Shown here: positions 46,958 through 57,278 of the stretch, one piece after another
Layout of the letters: each line of letters begins with the position of its first letter
How positions within the stretch are numbered: position 1 is the first letter of the stretch
Assembly (NCBI GenBank): GCA_965227405.1
Contig: OZ245758.1
Span: forward strand, 3,188,338-3,252,337
DNA length: 64,000 nucleotides
Source: Polyangiales bacterium
Lineage (GTDB): Bacteria > Myxococcota_A > Polyangia > Polyangiales > Houyiibacteriaceae
Direction: 5' to 3'
Translations under genes and position numbers: made by a program
The notes under the pieces: model-generated
What the model was told of the DNA's origin: nothing
The model's database searches: none
What the model saw: only the letters and a program-made list of their open reading frames with translations

Positions 46958-48001
46958 ATGATGCGCAATGTTGTTCTGGTTTTCGGTCTGCTCGTCGCCA
47001 ACGGTGCCGCTGCGCAGACGACACTTACCTACGATCCGCTCTTCGTTTGGTACGAACTCGAGTCGCACTCGAGCAGTCGAAACGGCAGGCCTGTCGACGA
47101 GGGCTACACGATCAGCGGTCGACACCGGATGATGGGGCAAGCACCCGCAGGCAGCTTCTTTCGAGTTGTGGTGCGCGCAGGTCGGCGACGCTTGGCTGAG
47201 ATGCGCTGTCCGACGCAGAACCGCTTCGGAGACAACCCCTTCTCGCATACGCCAACGTGTCACGACCGTGACCAGAAGTTGCGGCACGTGGGTGCGTTGA
47301 CGATCGAGGTGTACTTCGTGGACGGCGCCACAGATCAGGAAGCGTTGCAGGCACGGCACAACGTACGCGTGGCGCGAAAGACGCGGGTTAGGGGTGGCGG
47401 TGAGCGCGATGCACCGCGCTATCACGTGGAGTACGCGACTGAGTTGCACACGGGCGTCTTAGAGGTCGCGCAGCAGGGAACCGCGTATATTCCTGGGTCG
47501 CGTGTGTATGGAGGAGAAGGCCGACTTGCGTTGATTCTGAACGTGAAGCGAGCCGAAGATGCACCGCGCTTGTACGCATCGACGCTGCGATGTTCCGTGG
47601 ACGGTCAGGTGATCGGTGCGGAACGGATCGATCGCGAGGAGCTCAACAGCGTGGCCGTGGTGGAGACGCGCATGGCACGCCGCCAGATGCAGCGAACCGA
47701 CCATCGGTACATTCGCTATCGCTTGGGTCTACCGATCGTGTGGGGTGTGGACGAGCATCGAACCGGTGTGATGCGTCTGCGTGCTGGACAGTGGCAGTGC
47801 GATTGGCGGATTGCGGGAGAGACGTTGCGCAGTTTCGCGTTCACCGTGGACAGCGAACTGAACGTGACCGGCCGAAGCGCGAACCTGCCAAGCCCGTTGC
47901 AACTGGTCGATCTGGAAGTTCCACGGAGAACGCCCTTGGACGCAGCGAACACGCCACGAAATCTGGGTCGCGGAACCGCGTTCTGGGGCTCGGTGCGCTA
48001 A
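46958..48001 (+). CDS. Secreted hypothetical protein
   Basis: Signal peptide MMRNVVLVFGLLVANGAAAQ. No recognisable domain. Confidence 0.45.
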   Translation: MMRNVVLVFGLLVANGAAAQTTLTYDPLFVWYELESHSSSRNGRPVDEGYTISGRHRMMGQAPAGSFFRVVVRAGRRRLAEMRCPTQNRFGDNPFSHTPTCHDRDQKLRHVGALTIEVYFVDGATDQEALQARHNVRVARKTRVRGGGERDAPRYHVEYATELHTGVLEVAQQGTAYIPGSRVYGGEGRLALILNVKRAEDAPRLYASTLRCSVDGQVIGAERIDREELNSVAVVETRMARRQMQRTDHRYIRYRLGLPIVWGVDEHRTGVMRLRAGQWQCDWRIAGETLRSFAFTVDSELNVTGRSANLPSPLQLVDLEVPRRTPLDAANTPRNLGRGTAFWGSVR

Positions 48002-48008
48002 CCGGGTT

Positions 48009-48160
48009 GGTCCGTGCGGGGACGTAGTCCGTACGGACCCGAACCTGCTCTCAACGAGTCGGAATTTGCGAGGGTTTTGGATCGCCGAGTAAATCCACGA
48101 ACAGAACGGGGCGTATTCGGGCAGGTGTGTGTCCGTACGGACTACGTCCCTACACGGACC
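48009..48160. repeat. Large inverted repeat (30-bp arms, 20 bp perfect, each arm containing the 12-bp palindrome GTCCGTACGGAC) between convergent genes
   Basis: Left arm ggtccgtgcggggacgtagtccgtacggac (48009-48038) and right arm gtccgtacggactacgtccctacacggacc (48131-48160), separated by about 90 bp. Confidence 0.8.
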
Positions 48161-48170
48161 ATCTCCGCTA

Positions 48171-49073
48171 CTAGCGTCCGAGTCGACCTAAGAGCTTGGT
48201 GTACGAGCCCAGGAGGTCGCTTCGCAGGGGGCCAGTGCAAGCCTTGTGCAGGTAACGCAGGTCAAGCATCTCCGCACGATGAGGGTCCTTGGTGAGGCGC
48301 TCGATCAGCCGTGTGAAGTCCGCGAGTGCTGACGATCTTTCTCCGGCACGAAGACGGCAATACGCGAGTGCTTCCAACACGATGTCCACGCGCCATGCTC
48401 TCGGACCCTTGAACGTTTCGAGTGGGACGGCGCTATAGGCAGCAGCCGCTTCACTCCAACGTTCTTGATCGTGCAGACAGTGCGCACGAAACAACGCCGC
48501 CCAGCCAAAGTCAGGCTCGATCTGCAACGCACGGTCAAACTCAAGTGCGGCGTCTTCGGTCGTACCAAACTCGTAGTGCCACTTTCCCAGGGCGTACGCG
48601 ATCGATGCGTCGTCGGGAGCGAGCTGCTCAGCGCGTTGCAGATACCGCAGCGCCAACCGCACGAAACGCTTTTGTGTTGCTTCCGCTTGCGCGACAAGCG
48701 CGACGAACTTGGCCGAGATGCCGCGCGAATGCCAAACCACCGCATCGTTTTCGTTCAAGCGAACTGCTGCAGCATAGACGCGGTCGAGAGCATCGGGAGC
48801 GAGTGAACCGAAGGTCGACTCCACAAACATCGCCAGTTGTCGCAACCGTTCTTCCGGCCGCATCTCGATGTGTCCGGTTTGTGCCAGGTACGCATCGGTG
48901 TCGAAGCGCAACATCTCGCGGTCACTTTCGAGTCCGATCTCTGACGCCTGGAGCCAAGACTGGATCTGCTGATAGGCGTCGGTTTCGCTTCGCGTCTTTC
49001 GGTCGTGACGACGTCGAACTTTAGCTCGATCGCGAGCGTCGAACTTACCAGTTAGTACGGCCGAACGAGCCAT
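48171..49073 (-). CDS. TPR repeat protein (cytoplasmic)
   Basis: TPR-like helical repeats (AYALGKWHYEFGTTEDAALEFDRALQIEPDFGWAALFRAHC...). Start set at the internal ATG 49073; the longer ORF would translate the GGAA hairpin as EEEQEEEG. Confidence 0.5.
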   Translation of the reverse strand: MARSAVLTGKFDARDRAKVRRRHDRKTRSETDAYQQIQSWLQASEIGLESDREMLRFDTDAYLAQTGHIEMRPEERLRQLAMFVESTFGSLAPDALDRVYAAAVRLNENDAVVWHSRGISAKFVALVAQAEATQKRFVRLALRYLQRAEQLAPDDASIAYALGKWHYEFGTTEDAALEFDRALQIEPDFGWAALFRAHCLHDQERWSEAAAAYSAVPLETFKGPRAWRVDIVLEALAYCRLRAGERSSALADFTRLIERLTKDPHRAEMLDLRYLHKACTGPLRSDLLGSYTKLLGRLGR

Positions 49074-49141
49074 GAACAACCAGTAACCATCGGTTGGGTC
49101 TTGGGAAGACGCGTCCGCAGGCCTGAGTCGATCGGCCTCTT

Positions 49142-49217
49142 GGGAACAGGAAGAGGAACAGGAATGGGCATGTGGGACGGTGGAAACCGCCCCTTCCTCT
49201 TCCTGTTCCTCTTCCCC
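49142..49217. repeat. GGAA/TTCC polypurine-polypyrimidine inverted-repeat hairpin, related to 3093-3366, in the divergent TPR/ACAD promoter region
   Basis: gggaacaggaagaggaacaggaatggg (49142-49168) pairs with cccttcctcttcctgttcctcttcccc (49191-49217). Confidence 0.8.
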
Positions 49218-49388
49218 TGTTGCAGTGCGAGGGACCTCGGCGCCTGAGTCAGTTGCGGAGCGGCGCGTAGCGTCACGACTCGCAGTCGCGGAACGCGACG
49301 AGAATCGAGGGGGCAAAAGGTTCCATACAGAAGTCTTCCCAGGACCAAATACCAATTGGCTTCGCCTCGATCATGCGGATCATCCCCA

Positions 49389-51168
49389 CGTGACCAACCC
49401 CCTCATCGACGATCGCCTCGTCGACTTCCTCCTCCACGAACTCGTCGACATCTCCGATCCAAAGCTGGTCCCGCCCGGCGCGGATCACGACGTCGAAACC
49501 TATTCGCTTTACCTCGCTGGTGCGCGACGCCTCGCTCGCGAGAAGCTCTTTCCCACGTACCGCGCGATGGATCTCGATCCTCCCGAACTCGTCGATGGAC
49601 GCGTGGTCGTGCACCCGTCCATGCAAGAGCTTTGGCCTCTGCTCGTGGACCTCGGCTGCCTCGCCGCGACTCGTCCCGAAGACGTCGGCGGTCAAGACTT
49701 CCCGCACACGGTTCAACTCGCCGCCACCGCATATCTAATGGCCGGCAACTTGTGCGCGTACGGTTACGCAGGTCTCACTACGGGTGCCGCACACTTGATC
49801 GAAGCGTTTGGTTCCGACGCGCTCAAGGAAACGTACTTGGAACGCATGTACGACGGCACATGGACCGGAACGATGGCGCTTACCGAGCCCGACGCCGGAA
49901 GCGGCCTGGGCGACTTACGCAGCACGGCCAAACCCAACGACGACGGTTCGTACTCACTGCGCGGCAGCAAGATCTTCATCTCGGGCGGCGATCAAAACTT
50001 CACCGACAACGTTGTGCACCTGATGTTGGCGCGCATCGAAGGCGCACCAAGCGGTACCAAAGGCATCAGCCTCTTTGTGGTTCCGCGCGTTCGACCGGAC
50101 GGAACCCACAACGACGTGAGCGTTGCGGGGGTGATTCACAAAATCGGTTGGAAGGGCCTGCCCTCACTCGCGCTCAACTTTGGCGAACGTGGCGAGTGCA
50201 AAGGTTGGCTGGTGGGCGAAGCCAACCGCGGCCTTCGCTACATGTTTCAGATGATGAACGAGGCGCGTTTGATGGTCGGCGTCAACGCCGTGGCCACCTC
50301 ATCGGCCGCGTATCACGAGTCGTTGCGCTATGCGCGCGAACGACGCCAAGGCCGCACATGGTCGGACCCCAAGGCCGACAGTGCGGTGTCGATCATCGAG
50401 CATCCCGATGTGCGTCGCATGTTGCTTCGTCAAAAAGCGATCTTTGAGGGCAGCTTTGGACTGGTGCTACTCGCAGGTCGCTACGCCGACATCGCACGAA
50501 GCTCCGAACATGAAGCCGAGCGCACCCGTGCCGAGCTGCTTCTCGATTTGCTCACGCCAGTTGCGAAAACGTACCCCTCGGAAAAGGGTTTCGATGCGAC
50601 CGCACTCGCGGTGCAGATTCTTGGCGGCTACGGCTACACCAACGAGTACTTGCCTGAGTCGTACCTGCGCGATCAAAAGCTGAACACGATCCACGAAGGC
50701 ACGACCGGAATCCAAAGCCTCGATCTTCTGGGTCGCAAGGTGATGGCCAAGAACGGTGCGGCGCTACGTGCGTTCCAAGAGGAAGTGAACAGCGCTGCAA
50801 CGTCGGCACATCAGCAGGGACTCGACGTTGAAGCCGATGCACTCACCGACGCGATGAAGCGTGTTGGCGCACTCACGATGGAACTCGGCATGAAGGGCAT
50901 GAAGGGTGATGTGGAAAGCATGCTTAGTCACAGTGCCGACTACCTGGAGCTCTTCGGAACGTTCGTGATGGCGTGGACCTGGTTGCGCATGATGAGCGCA
51001 GCGAAGAGTTCGCTGGACGAGAAGCGCGGAGACGAAGCGTTCCTTCGTGGGCTGCTTCAGGCCGGTCGCTACTACTTCGCGACTGAGCTTCCCCGAATCG
51101 AAGCGCTCGCGAACCTGGTTCAGAGTGGCGAGCGTTCGTATCTGGACATGCAGTCCGATTGGTTCTGA
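49389..51168 (+). CDS. Acyl-CoA dehydrogenase family protein (long, about 590-aa type)
   Basis: GTMALTEPDAGSGL, GSKIFISGGD and YGGYGYTNEYLPESYLRDQKLNTIHEGTTGIQ ACAD motifs. Start set at GTG 49389 (uncertain); the ORF-track start at 49180 runs through the hairpin. Confidence 0.65.
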
Positions 51169-51215
51169 GCGCCTAATAGACAGAGATCAGGACGCTTTTT
51201 GGCGTGAGCTGGCGC

Positions 51216-51245
51216 ATCGCCACAGATGACGCGATGCGCCATATT
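51216..51245 (+). terminator. Stem-loop (10-bp perfect stem ggcgcatcgc/gcgatgcgcc) after the ACAD gene
   Basis: ggcgcatcgc-cacagatgac-gcgatgcgcc followed by atatttacg. Confidence 0.4.
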
Positions 51246-51361
51246 TACGTTGAATTTCGGCGCGTTGACACGTCTCAACCGCCCACCTAGTTTCCGCCCA
51301 CGACGGCCTCGCCCACCTTTCACTACAGGTGTTGTCGAGGTGTCGGCCCTACGTAGTCCTC

Positions 51362-52309
51362 ATGACTCTTCCCGCCCGCAAACCGAGCTGGCTCCGTGTT
51401 CGTCTCCCCAACGAAGAGGGGCAGGCTCAGTTCACCAAGATCAAAGAGCAGATGCGTGGTTTGGATCTCCACACGGTCTGCGAAGAGGCACGTTGCCCCA
51501 ACATCTTTGAGTGCTGGGCGCAAGGTACTGCGACGATCATGATCCTCGGCGAAACCTGCACGCGTGGTTGCCGGTTCTGCTCCGTGAACACCGGCAACCC
51601 CGAAGGCTTTGTCGATCCGCGGGAACCGGAGAACGTCGCTCGCGCACTCGGCCAGATGGATCTGGCCTACGTGGTCGTGACCATGGTCGACCGCGACGAC
51701 ATCCTCGATGGTGGTGCAGCACACGTTGCACAGACGCTACAGCGCATCCGCCATCACGCACCGAAGCTTCTCGTCGAGACTCTCCTTGGCGACTTTCAGG
51801 GTGTGATGCGCGATGTCGAGACGGTAGTGCGTGACGGTGCCCCCGACGTGTTCGCCCACAACGTGGAAGTGGTGCCCAGTCTTCAGCGAAAGATCCGCGA
51901 TGCCCGTTGCTCGTGGCAGCGCAGCATCGACGTGTTGAAGCACGCGAAGGAGTCGGGCTCGAAGATCACCAAGTCGTCGCTGATGGTGGGCATTGGTGAG
52001 ACCGAAGACGAGATGTACGAGGCCATGCAGAGCCTTCGCGATGCAGACGTCGATGTGCTGACGATCGGGCAGTACCTGCGACCGACCAAGAAGCACGCAG
52101 ACGTGCAGCGCTACGTCGAACCCGAAGAGTTCGCGCGATACGAGAAGCGCGGTCTCGAGATGGGTTTTCAGTTTGTCGCGTCGGGGCCGCTTGTGCGGTC
52201 GAGCTACCGCGCGGCCGAAGCATTCCTCCACGGTGTCCTCAAGGGCGAGCACCAACCTGAGCAGGTCGACCGGTACGGCAAGAAGCGCGCACTTCGGGTC
52301 GTCACCTGA
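51362..52309 (+). CDS. lipA: Lipoyl synthase
   Basis: CEEARCPNIFEC and CTRGCRFCSV (radical-SAM CxxxCxxC plus the auxiliary cluster). Confidence 0.85.
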   Translation: MTLPARKPSWLRVRLPNEEGQAQFTKIKEQMRGLDLHTVCEEARCPNIFECWAQGTATIMILGETCTRGCRFCSVNTGNPEGFVDPREPENVARALGQMDLAYVVVTMVDRDDILDGGAAHVAQTLQRIRHHAPKLLVETLLGDFQGVMRDVETVVRDGAPDVFAHNVEVVPSLQRKIRDARCSWQRSIDVLKHAKESGSKITKSSLMVGIGETEDEMYEAMQSLRDADVDVLTIGQYLRPTKKHADVQRYVEPEEFARYEKRGLEMGFQFVASGPLVRSSYRAAEAFLHGVLKGEHQPEQVDRYGKKRALRVVT

Positions 52310-52328
52310 AGCGCAGAGAGAGCAAACT

Positions 52329-53465
52329 ATGCAAACGCAAGATCAAGTTGTTCCCATTCGCACTCCGGAGACCTCCATCTCCGATGATGTGCCCACGGTC
52401 ATCCAGCCCGATGGTTCGCTGAACCCGGAGCATGATCCGCGTCTTCCCTTGGAGAAGGTGCTGGAACTCTACCGCGGGATGGTTCGCACACGGGTGATCG
52501 ACGGACAGCTTGAGCGTTTGCAACGTCAGGGTCGCATCGGTTTTCACATCGGCTCGCTCGGTGAAGAAGCGTGCATCCTCGGGTCCGCGGCTGCCATGCG
52601 CAAAGACGACTGGATCATGCCCTGCTACCGCGAGTTCGGCGCACTGCTGTGGCGTGGCTTCCCGCTTCAGTCCTACTTGGACAACATGTACGGCAATGCC
52701 GACGACGTCGTGCGGGGTCGTCAGATGCCCGACCACTACACCGGTCGTCCGTATCGTTTTGGTTCGGTCAGCTCACCGATCGGAACGCAGATCAGCCAGG
52801 CCGTTGGCATGGCATGGGCCGCGCGCAAGAAGGGCCGCGACGAAGTGGTCAGCGTGTACTTCGGTGAAGGCGCGACCAGCAGCAACGACTTCCACACGGG
52901 ATTGAACTTTGCGGGCGTGATGAACGCGCCGGTGATTTTCCTGTGCCGCAACAACCGTTGGGCGATCAGCGTGCCCAGCGAGAAGCAAACGGCATCCGCG
53001 ACCTTTGCGCAGAAGGCCATCGCCTACGGCATGAAGGGTGTGCGCGTGGATGGAAACGACATCCTCGCCACCTACAAAGTGGTTCGGGACATGGTCGAGC
53101 GTGCGAGCCGTGGCGAAGGCCCCGTGCTCATCGAGATGCTGACCTATCGCGTAGGCGGTCACTCCACGTCGGACGATCCGCGTGCGTACCGACTTCAAGA
53201 CGAAGTCGAGCAGTGGCGTCGCACCGATCCGATTCTGCGTTTGCGCAAGCACCTCGAAACGCGCGGTGCGTGGAACGAGGCGCAGGACGAAGCGCTCAAG
53301 AAGAACATCGAGGCCGAACTCAAGGCCTGCATCGCGGTGGCGGAGAAGAAGCCGAAGCCCCCGCTCGAAACGATCTTCGATGGGGTGTTCGAGTCGAAGC
53401 CCTGGCATCTCGAAGAACAGCTCCAACAACTTCTCGACGGCCCGCGCGCCAAAGACCACCACTGA
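52329..53465 (+). CDS. 2-oxoacid (branched-chain keto acid/pyruvate type) dehydrogenase E1 alpha subunit, TPP-dependent
   Basis: YRVGGHSTSDDP, the GEGATSSNDFH TPP motif and IFLCRNNRWAIS. Context resembles the Myxococcus esg (BCKDH) locus. Confidence 0.75.
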   Translation: MQTQDQVVPIRTPETSISDDVPTVIQPDGSLNPEHDPRLPLEKVLELYRGMVRTRVIDGQLERLQRQGRIGFHIGSLGEEACILGSAAAMRKDDWIMPCYREFGALLWRGFPLQSYLDNMYGNADDVVRGRQMPDHYTGRPYRFGSVSSPIGTQISQAVGMAWAARKKGRDEVVSVYFGEGATSSNDFHTGLNFAGVMNAPVIFLCRNNRWAISVPSEKQTASATFAQKAIAYGMKGVRVDGNDILATYKVVRDMVERASRGEGPVLIEMLTYRVGGHSTSDDPRAYRLQDEVEQWRRTDPILRLRKHLETRGAWNEAQDEALKKNIEAELKACIAVAEKKPKPPLETIFDGVFESKPWHLEEQLQQLLDGPRAKDHH

Positions 53466-53478
53466 GAGGCGACACGAC

Positions 53479-54459
53479 ATGCCTGAAATGAATCTGGTCC
53501 AATCGATCAACTCCGCGCTGCGCTCCGAGATGCGCAGCGATCCCGATGTCGTCGTGCTTGGCGAAGACGTCGGCAAGGTCGGCGGAGTGTTCCGCGTCAC
53601 GCAAGGTCTCTACGACGAGTTCGGCGAAGACCGCGTCATCGACACCCCGCTTGCCGAAGGCGGCATCATCGGAACCGCAGTCGGTATGGCGCTCTACGGG
53701 TTGCGTCCCGTTCCTGAGATCCAGTTCGCCGACTTCATCTTTCCGGCGTACGACCAGATCGTCAGCGAGGTTGCCAAGTACCGCTACCGCAGTGGCGGCG
53801 AGTACAGCTGCCCTCTCGTGATTCGTACACCGGTGGGTGGTGGCATTCGCGGTGGTCACTATCACTCGCAGTCGCCCGAGAGCTTGTTCATCCACAACGC
53901 AGGCTTGAAGGTCGTCTGTCCTTCGAACCCGTACGACGCGAAGGGCTTGTTGATCAGCGCCATTCGCGACAACGACCCGGTGCTCTTCTTCGAGCCCAAG
54001 CGTGTGTACCGCGCGGTGAAGATGGACGTGCCCGAGGAGGACTACGAGCTTCCGATCGGCAAAGCCAAGGTGGTCAAGGAAGGCGAAGACGTCACCGTGA
54101 TCGCTTGGGGCGCGATGCTCTTTGAAGCGCTTGCGAGCGCCGAAGAAGTGGCGGGCGAAGGTGTGAGCGCCGAGGTCATCGATCTGCGCACCCTGTGGCC
54201 CGTCGACATCGACACGATCGTCGCGAGCGTGAAGAAGACCGGTCGCGTCGTCATCGTGCACGAAGCACCCAAGGCGTGTGGCTTTGGTGGTGAGCTCGTG
54301 TCGATGGTCATCGAGAAAGCGTTTGTGCATCTCGAAGCACCGCCCGTTCGCGTGACGGGTTGGGACACTCCCTTCCCCTACACGTTGGAGATGGAATACC
54401 TCCCGCTCCAGCACCGCATCACTCCCGCGCTGCTTGAAACCGCGCGCTACGTCCCCTGA
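53479..54459 (+). CDS. 2-oxoacid dehydrogenase E1 beta subunit
   Basis: Transketolase-like motifs (VVLGEDVGKVGGVFRVTQGL, EIQFADFIFPAYDQI). Confidence 0.75.
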   Translation: MPEMNLVQSINSALRSEMRSDPDVVVLGEDVGKVGGVFRVTQGLYDEFGEDRVIDTPLAEGGIIGTAVGMALYGLRPVPEIQFADFIFPAYDQIVSEVAKYRYRSGGEYSCPLVIRTPVGGGIRGGHYHSQSPESLFIHNAGLKVVCPSNPYDAKGLLISAIRDNDPVLFFEPKRVYRAVKMDVPEEDYELPIGKAKVVKEGEDVTVIAWGAMLFEALASAEEVAGEGVSAEVIDLRTLWPVDIDTIVASVKKTGRVVIVHEAPKACGFGGELVSMVIEKAFVHLEAPPVRVTGWDTPFPYTLEMEYLPLQHRITPALLETARYVP

Positions 54460-54467
54460 GGCCATCC

Positions 54468-55829
54468 ATGTCGACTTTTAAGTTCAAGCTGCCGGACATT
54501 GGCGAAGGCGTGACCGAAGGCGAAATCGTCGAATGGCACGTCAAGTTGGGCGACGTGGTCGCGGAAGACGATCCCATGGTCGAGGTCATGACCGACAAGG
54601 CGACCGTGACGATCGGTGCTCCTGCTGCAGGCACCATCTCGGCGATCAACTTCGACGTCGGTGCTGTCGCTCAGGTTGGTCAGGTGATCGTGGAGATCGC
54701 GGGTGATGGCGCAGCTGCAGCTCCTGCGAAGACCGAAGAGAAGGACGAAGGCCCTGCGGCGACTGCGGTCGGCGACATCAAAGATGGCCTGCCCGGTTCC
54801 AACTTCTTCAAGAACAGTGGCAACGGTGCGTCGAAGAAGCCCAACGGTACGGCGCCTTCCAAACCGGCTCCGCGAGCTGCGGCCGCCTCTTCGAGTGGTG
54901 GTCTGCAGCAGATCGACTTCTTCCAAGCCAAGCCGCTTGCGACACCCGCGACGCGTAAGCTCGCGCGTGATCTCGGTGTGGATCTTCGACGCATTCCGCC
55001 GACCGGTCCCTCGGGTCGCACCACGCGTGACGACGTGAAGGGCTTCGTGTCCTCGGTGGGTGCACAGACGCCTTCTGCGCAACCCGTTGCCCCTGCTCGC
55101 ACACCGACGCGCGTGGATGCTCAGCGTGGTGAAGAGCGCAAACCCTTCGTGGGAATCCGCCGCAAGATCGCGCAGCGGATGCAGATGACGAAGAACACCG
55201 CGGCGCACTTCACGTTCGTCGAAGAGTGCGACGTCACCGAGCTCAAGCGCGTGCGCAAGCGCCTCAAGAGTGTGGCTGCAGAGCAGGGTGTGAACCTTTC
55301 GTTCCTACCCTTCATCGTCAAGGCGGTGGTGAACTCGCTCAAGAAGCACCCGATTCTGAACACGGCACTCGACGAGTCCACCAACGAGTTGGTCTACCGC
55401 TACAACTACGACATCGGAATCGCTGCGGCGACGGATGCGGGACTGATGGTTCCGGTTGTGCGTGATGCCGACCGTCGTTCGATCTTGGACATTGCTCAAG
55501 AGATCGAGCGATTGGGCGAAGGTGCGCGTGCCGGTTCGTTGACCAAGGATGAACTGACCGGTTCGACGTTCACCATCACCTCGCTGGGTAAGCAGGGTGG
55601 GTTGTTTGCGACACCGATTCTCAACCACCCCGAGGTGGGCATCCTCGGCGTGCACCAAATGAAGCGGAAGCCCGTGGTGCGCGGCGATGAGATCGTGATC
55701 GGCGACGTGATGCTGCTCTCGTTGAGCTTCGACCACCGTATTGTGGACGGCCACGTTGGAGCCGCGTTTGCGTACGACGTGATTGCGTATCTCGAGCAGC
55801 CCGAGAGACTCTTGCTCGAAATGGCCTGA
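54468..55829 (+). CDS. Dihydrolipoamide acyltransferase E2 component
   Basis: Lipoyl domain (MVEVMTDKATVTI), Ala/Pro linker, E3-binding domain and the catalytic SLSFDHRIVDG motif. Confidence 0.8.
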   Translation: MSTFKFKLPDIGEGVTEGEIVEWHVKLGDVVAEDDPMVEVMTDKATVTIGAPAAGTISAINFDVGAVAQVGQVIVEIAGDGAAAAPAKTEEKDEGPAATAVGDIKDGLPGSNFFKNSGNGASKKPNGTAPSKPAPRAAAASSSGGLQQIDFFQAKPLATPATRKLARDLGVDLRRIPPTGPSGRTTRDDVKGFVSSVGAQTPSAQPVAPARTPTRVDAQRGEERKPFVGIRRKIAQRMQMTKNTAAHFTFVEECDVTELKRVRKRLKSVAAEQGVNLSFLPFIVKAVVNSLKKHPILNTALDESTNELVYRYNYDIGIAAATDAGLMVPVVRDADRRSILDIAQEIERLGEGARAGSLTKDELTGSTFTITSLGKQGGLFATPILNHPEVGILGVHQMKRKPVVRGDEIVIGDVMLLSLSFDHRIVDGHVGAAFAYDVIAYLEQPERLLLEMA

Positions 55830-56611
55830 TGTCGGATCGGGACGAGGTGCTCGATCGCGCGATCGAGCTCTGGGAGAAGGATCGTCAGCGTCAGCGCGAT
55901 TGCGATGACCAGCAAGTTCTCGAAGAAGCGGCCAAAGAACTCGGGGTTCCGGCTGAGTACATTCAGCATGCAGCGGACTCGATTGCGGCGGACAAACACC
56001 TTCATCGCCGCAGTCGCCAACTCTCACTGCAAAGCGCGCTGATCGTGGGCGCGCTCGTGCTTGGCGGATTCTCCGTTCATCGACTCGTGTCCCCACCCAT
56101 TCCGATGGCGGACGGTCCTTGGCATGCCACGTTCGACGATTCCAGGGGTTGGGTGCTTCGTAGCAATCCGGGTTCGCGCGCTCGATTCAGTACGGATCAC
56201 GACCCCGAACGCGGCGATGTCGCAACCATCCACGTCGATCACTTCGAGACGCCCCCAGATGGTCGTTACTACGTGAACCTTCGCGCGACGCCCGTTCCCG
56301 CCACGCTCGGCGGCTACCAGGTCATGCGTTTGTGGGTTCGCGGTGAAGGACTCGATGCAGTGCGTGTCTACCCGCGTGGGGATCGGCATGAACGCTGGCG
56401 TTCGCCGGAGATCCCAGTGACCAACGAATGGACCGAGCACGTCATCGAGCTGACTCGATTTGATCATCAGGTCGGGGGTCGAGCGAACTGGCGCACCAGG
56501 AGTTGGGAACCGCCCGGCAGCTTGGATCGCCTCCAGATCAAAGTTGGTTACTTCATCAACGATGTTTCAGCACAGGGGTACGTGAGTGTTGATGACCTAC
56601 GGTTTGAATGA
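55829..56611 (+). CDS. Membrane-anchored hypothetical protein (coupled to the E2 gene)
   Basis: TGATG overlap with E2. One TM helix (ALIVGALVLGGFSV) and a beta-rich C-terminal domain with no recognised family. Confidence 0.45.
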   Translation: MSDRDEVLDRAIELWEKDRQRQRDCDDQQVLEEAAKELGVPAEYIQHAADSIAADKHLHRRSRQLSLQSALIVGALVLGGFSVHRLVSPPIPMADGPWHATFDDSRGWVLRSNPGSRARFSTDHDPERGDVATIHVDHFETPPDGRYYVNLRATPVPATLGGYQVMRLWVRGEGLDAVRVYPRGDRHERWRSPEIPVTNEWTEHVIELTRFDHQVGGRANWRTRSWEPPGSLDRLQIKVGYFINDVSAQGYVSVDDLRFE

Positions 56612-57278
56612 GCCTGTCTGCAGGCCGCTTCAACAGGGCGCGTCGATTGGACTGACGGTGTGGGCCGAACGACACGTCCCCGCTGCGTCTGGAACGCACT
56701 TCGGGATCGTGTTGTCTGGTGACGCCAGCCTGGTCGCCGATGGAGGGACCTTCCCTTTGCGAACTGGGATGTACTTTTGCGTCCCGGGAGCATTCACGAT
56801 CGAAGGCGGCGCGGGTTTGCTGGTGCCCGTGAATGCGTACGAGGGGTTGTTCAGCGTCGGGGGGCCGATCGAGCAACACGGTCGTCTTCGGTACATGAAT
56901 GGGTGCACCGATACCGTTCTGATCGCGCCCGTCGTGCGCGGTGACCCTTGCCTGAATTTTCTGCACTTGCCCGCAGGAAGCGACCAAGCGCTGCATACGC
57001 ACCCTTCGGAGCGAATCGGAGCGGTTCTCAGCGGTACCGGCACCTGCATCACCGAGTCGGATTCTTTCCCGCTGCAAACAGGCGACGTTTTTCGGATCCC
57101 TGCGGGAGCGATTCACGCGTTTCGTCCGTTGGGCGAGGCCCTGCGTGTTGTCGCGTTTCATCCCGACTCGGACACCGGGCCCACGCATTTGGATCACCCG
57201 ATGGTGAACCGCACACTCGTTGAAGGTGAACCCGTCACTGAACGGCCCGACTTGCTGACGCAGCCGGTGACGTCATGA
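56592..57278 (+). CDS. Cupin (bicupin-like) domain protein
   Basis: Two cupin-like segments (GTHFGIVLSGDA... and LHTHPSERIGAVLSGTGTC...IPAGAIHAF). Overlaps the upstream gene by about 20 nt. Confidence 0.5.
   Translation: MTYGLNEPVCRPLQQGASIGLTVWAERHVPAASGTHFGIVLSGDASLVADGGTFPLRTGMYFCVPGAFTIEGGAGLLVPVNAYEGLFSVGGPIEQHGRLRYMNGCTDTVLIAPVVRGDPCLNFLHLPAGSDQALHTHPSERIGAVLSGTGTCITESDSFPLQTGDVFRIPAGAIHAFRPLGEALRVVAFHPDSDTGPTHLDHPMVNRTLVEGEPVTERPDLLTQPVTS

Noticed and set aside
49180-49388. N-terminal 70 aa of the ORF-track acyl-CoA dehydrogenase (METAPSSSCSSSPVAV...) and N-terminal 94 aa of the TPR ORF (…GEEEQEEEGAV…)
   Set aside because: These stretches are translations of the GGAA/TTCC hairpin and of the divergent promoter. 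Start codons were moved to 49389 (GTG) and 49073 (ATG) respectively; this is uncertain without orthologue alignment.
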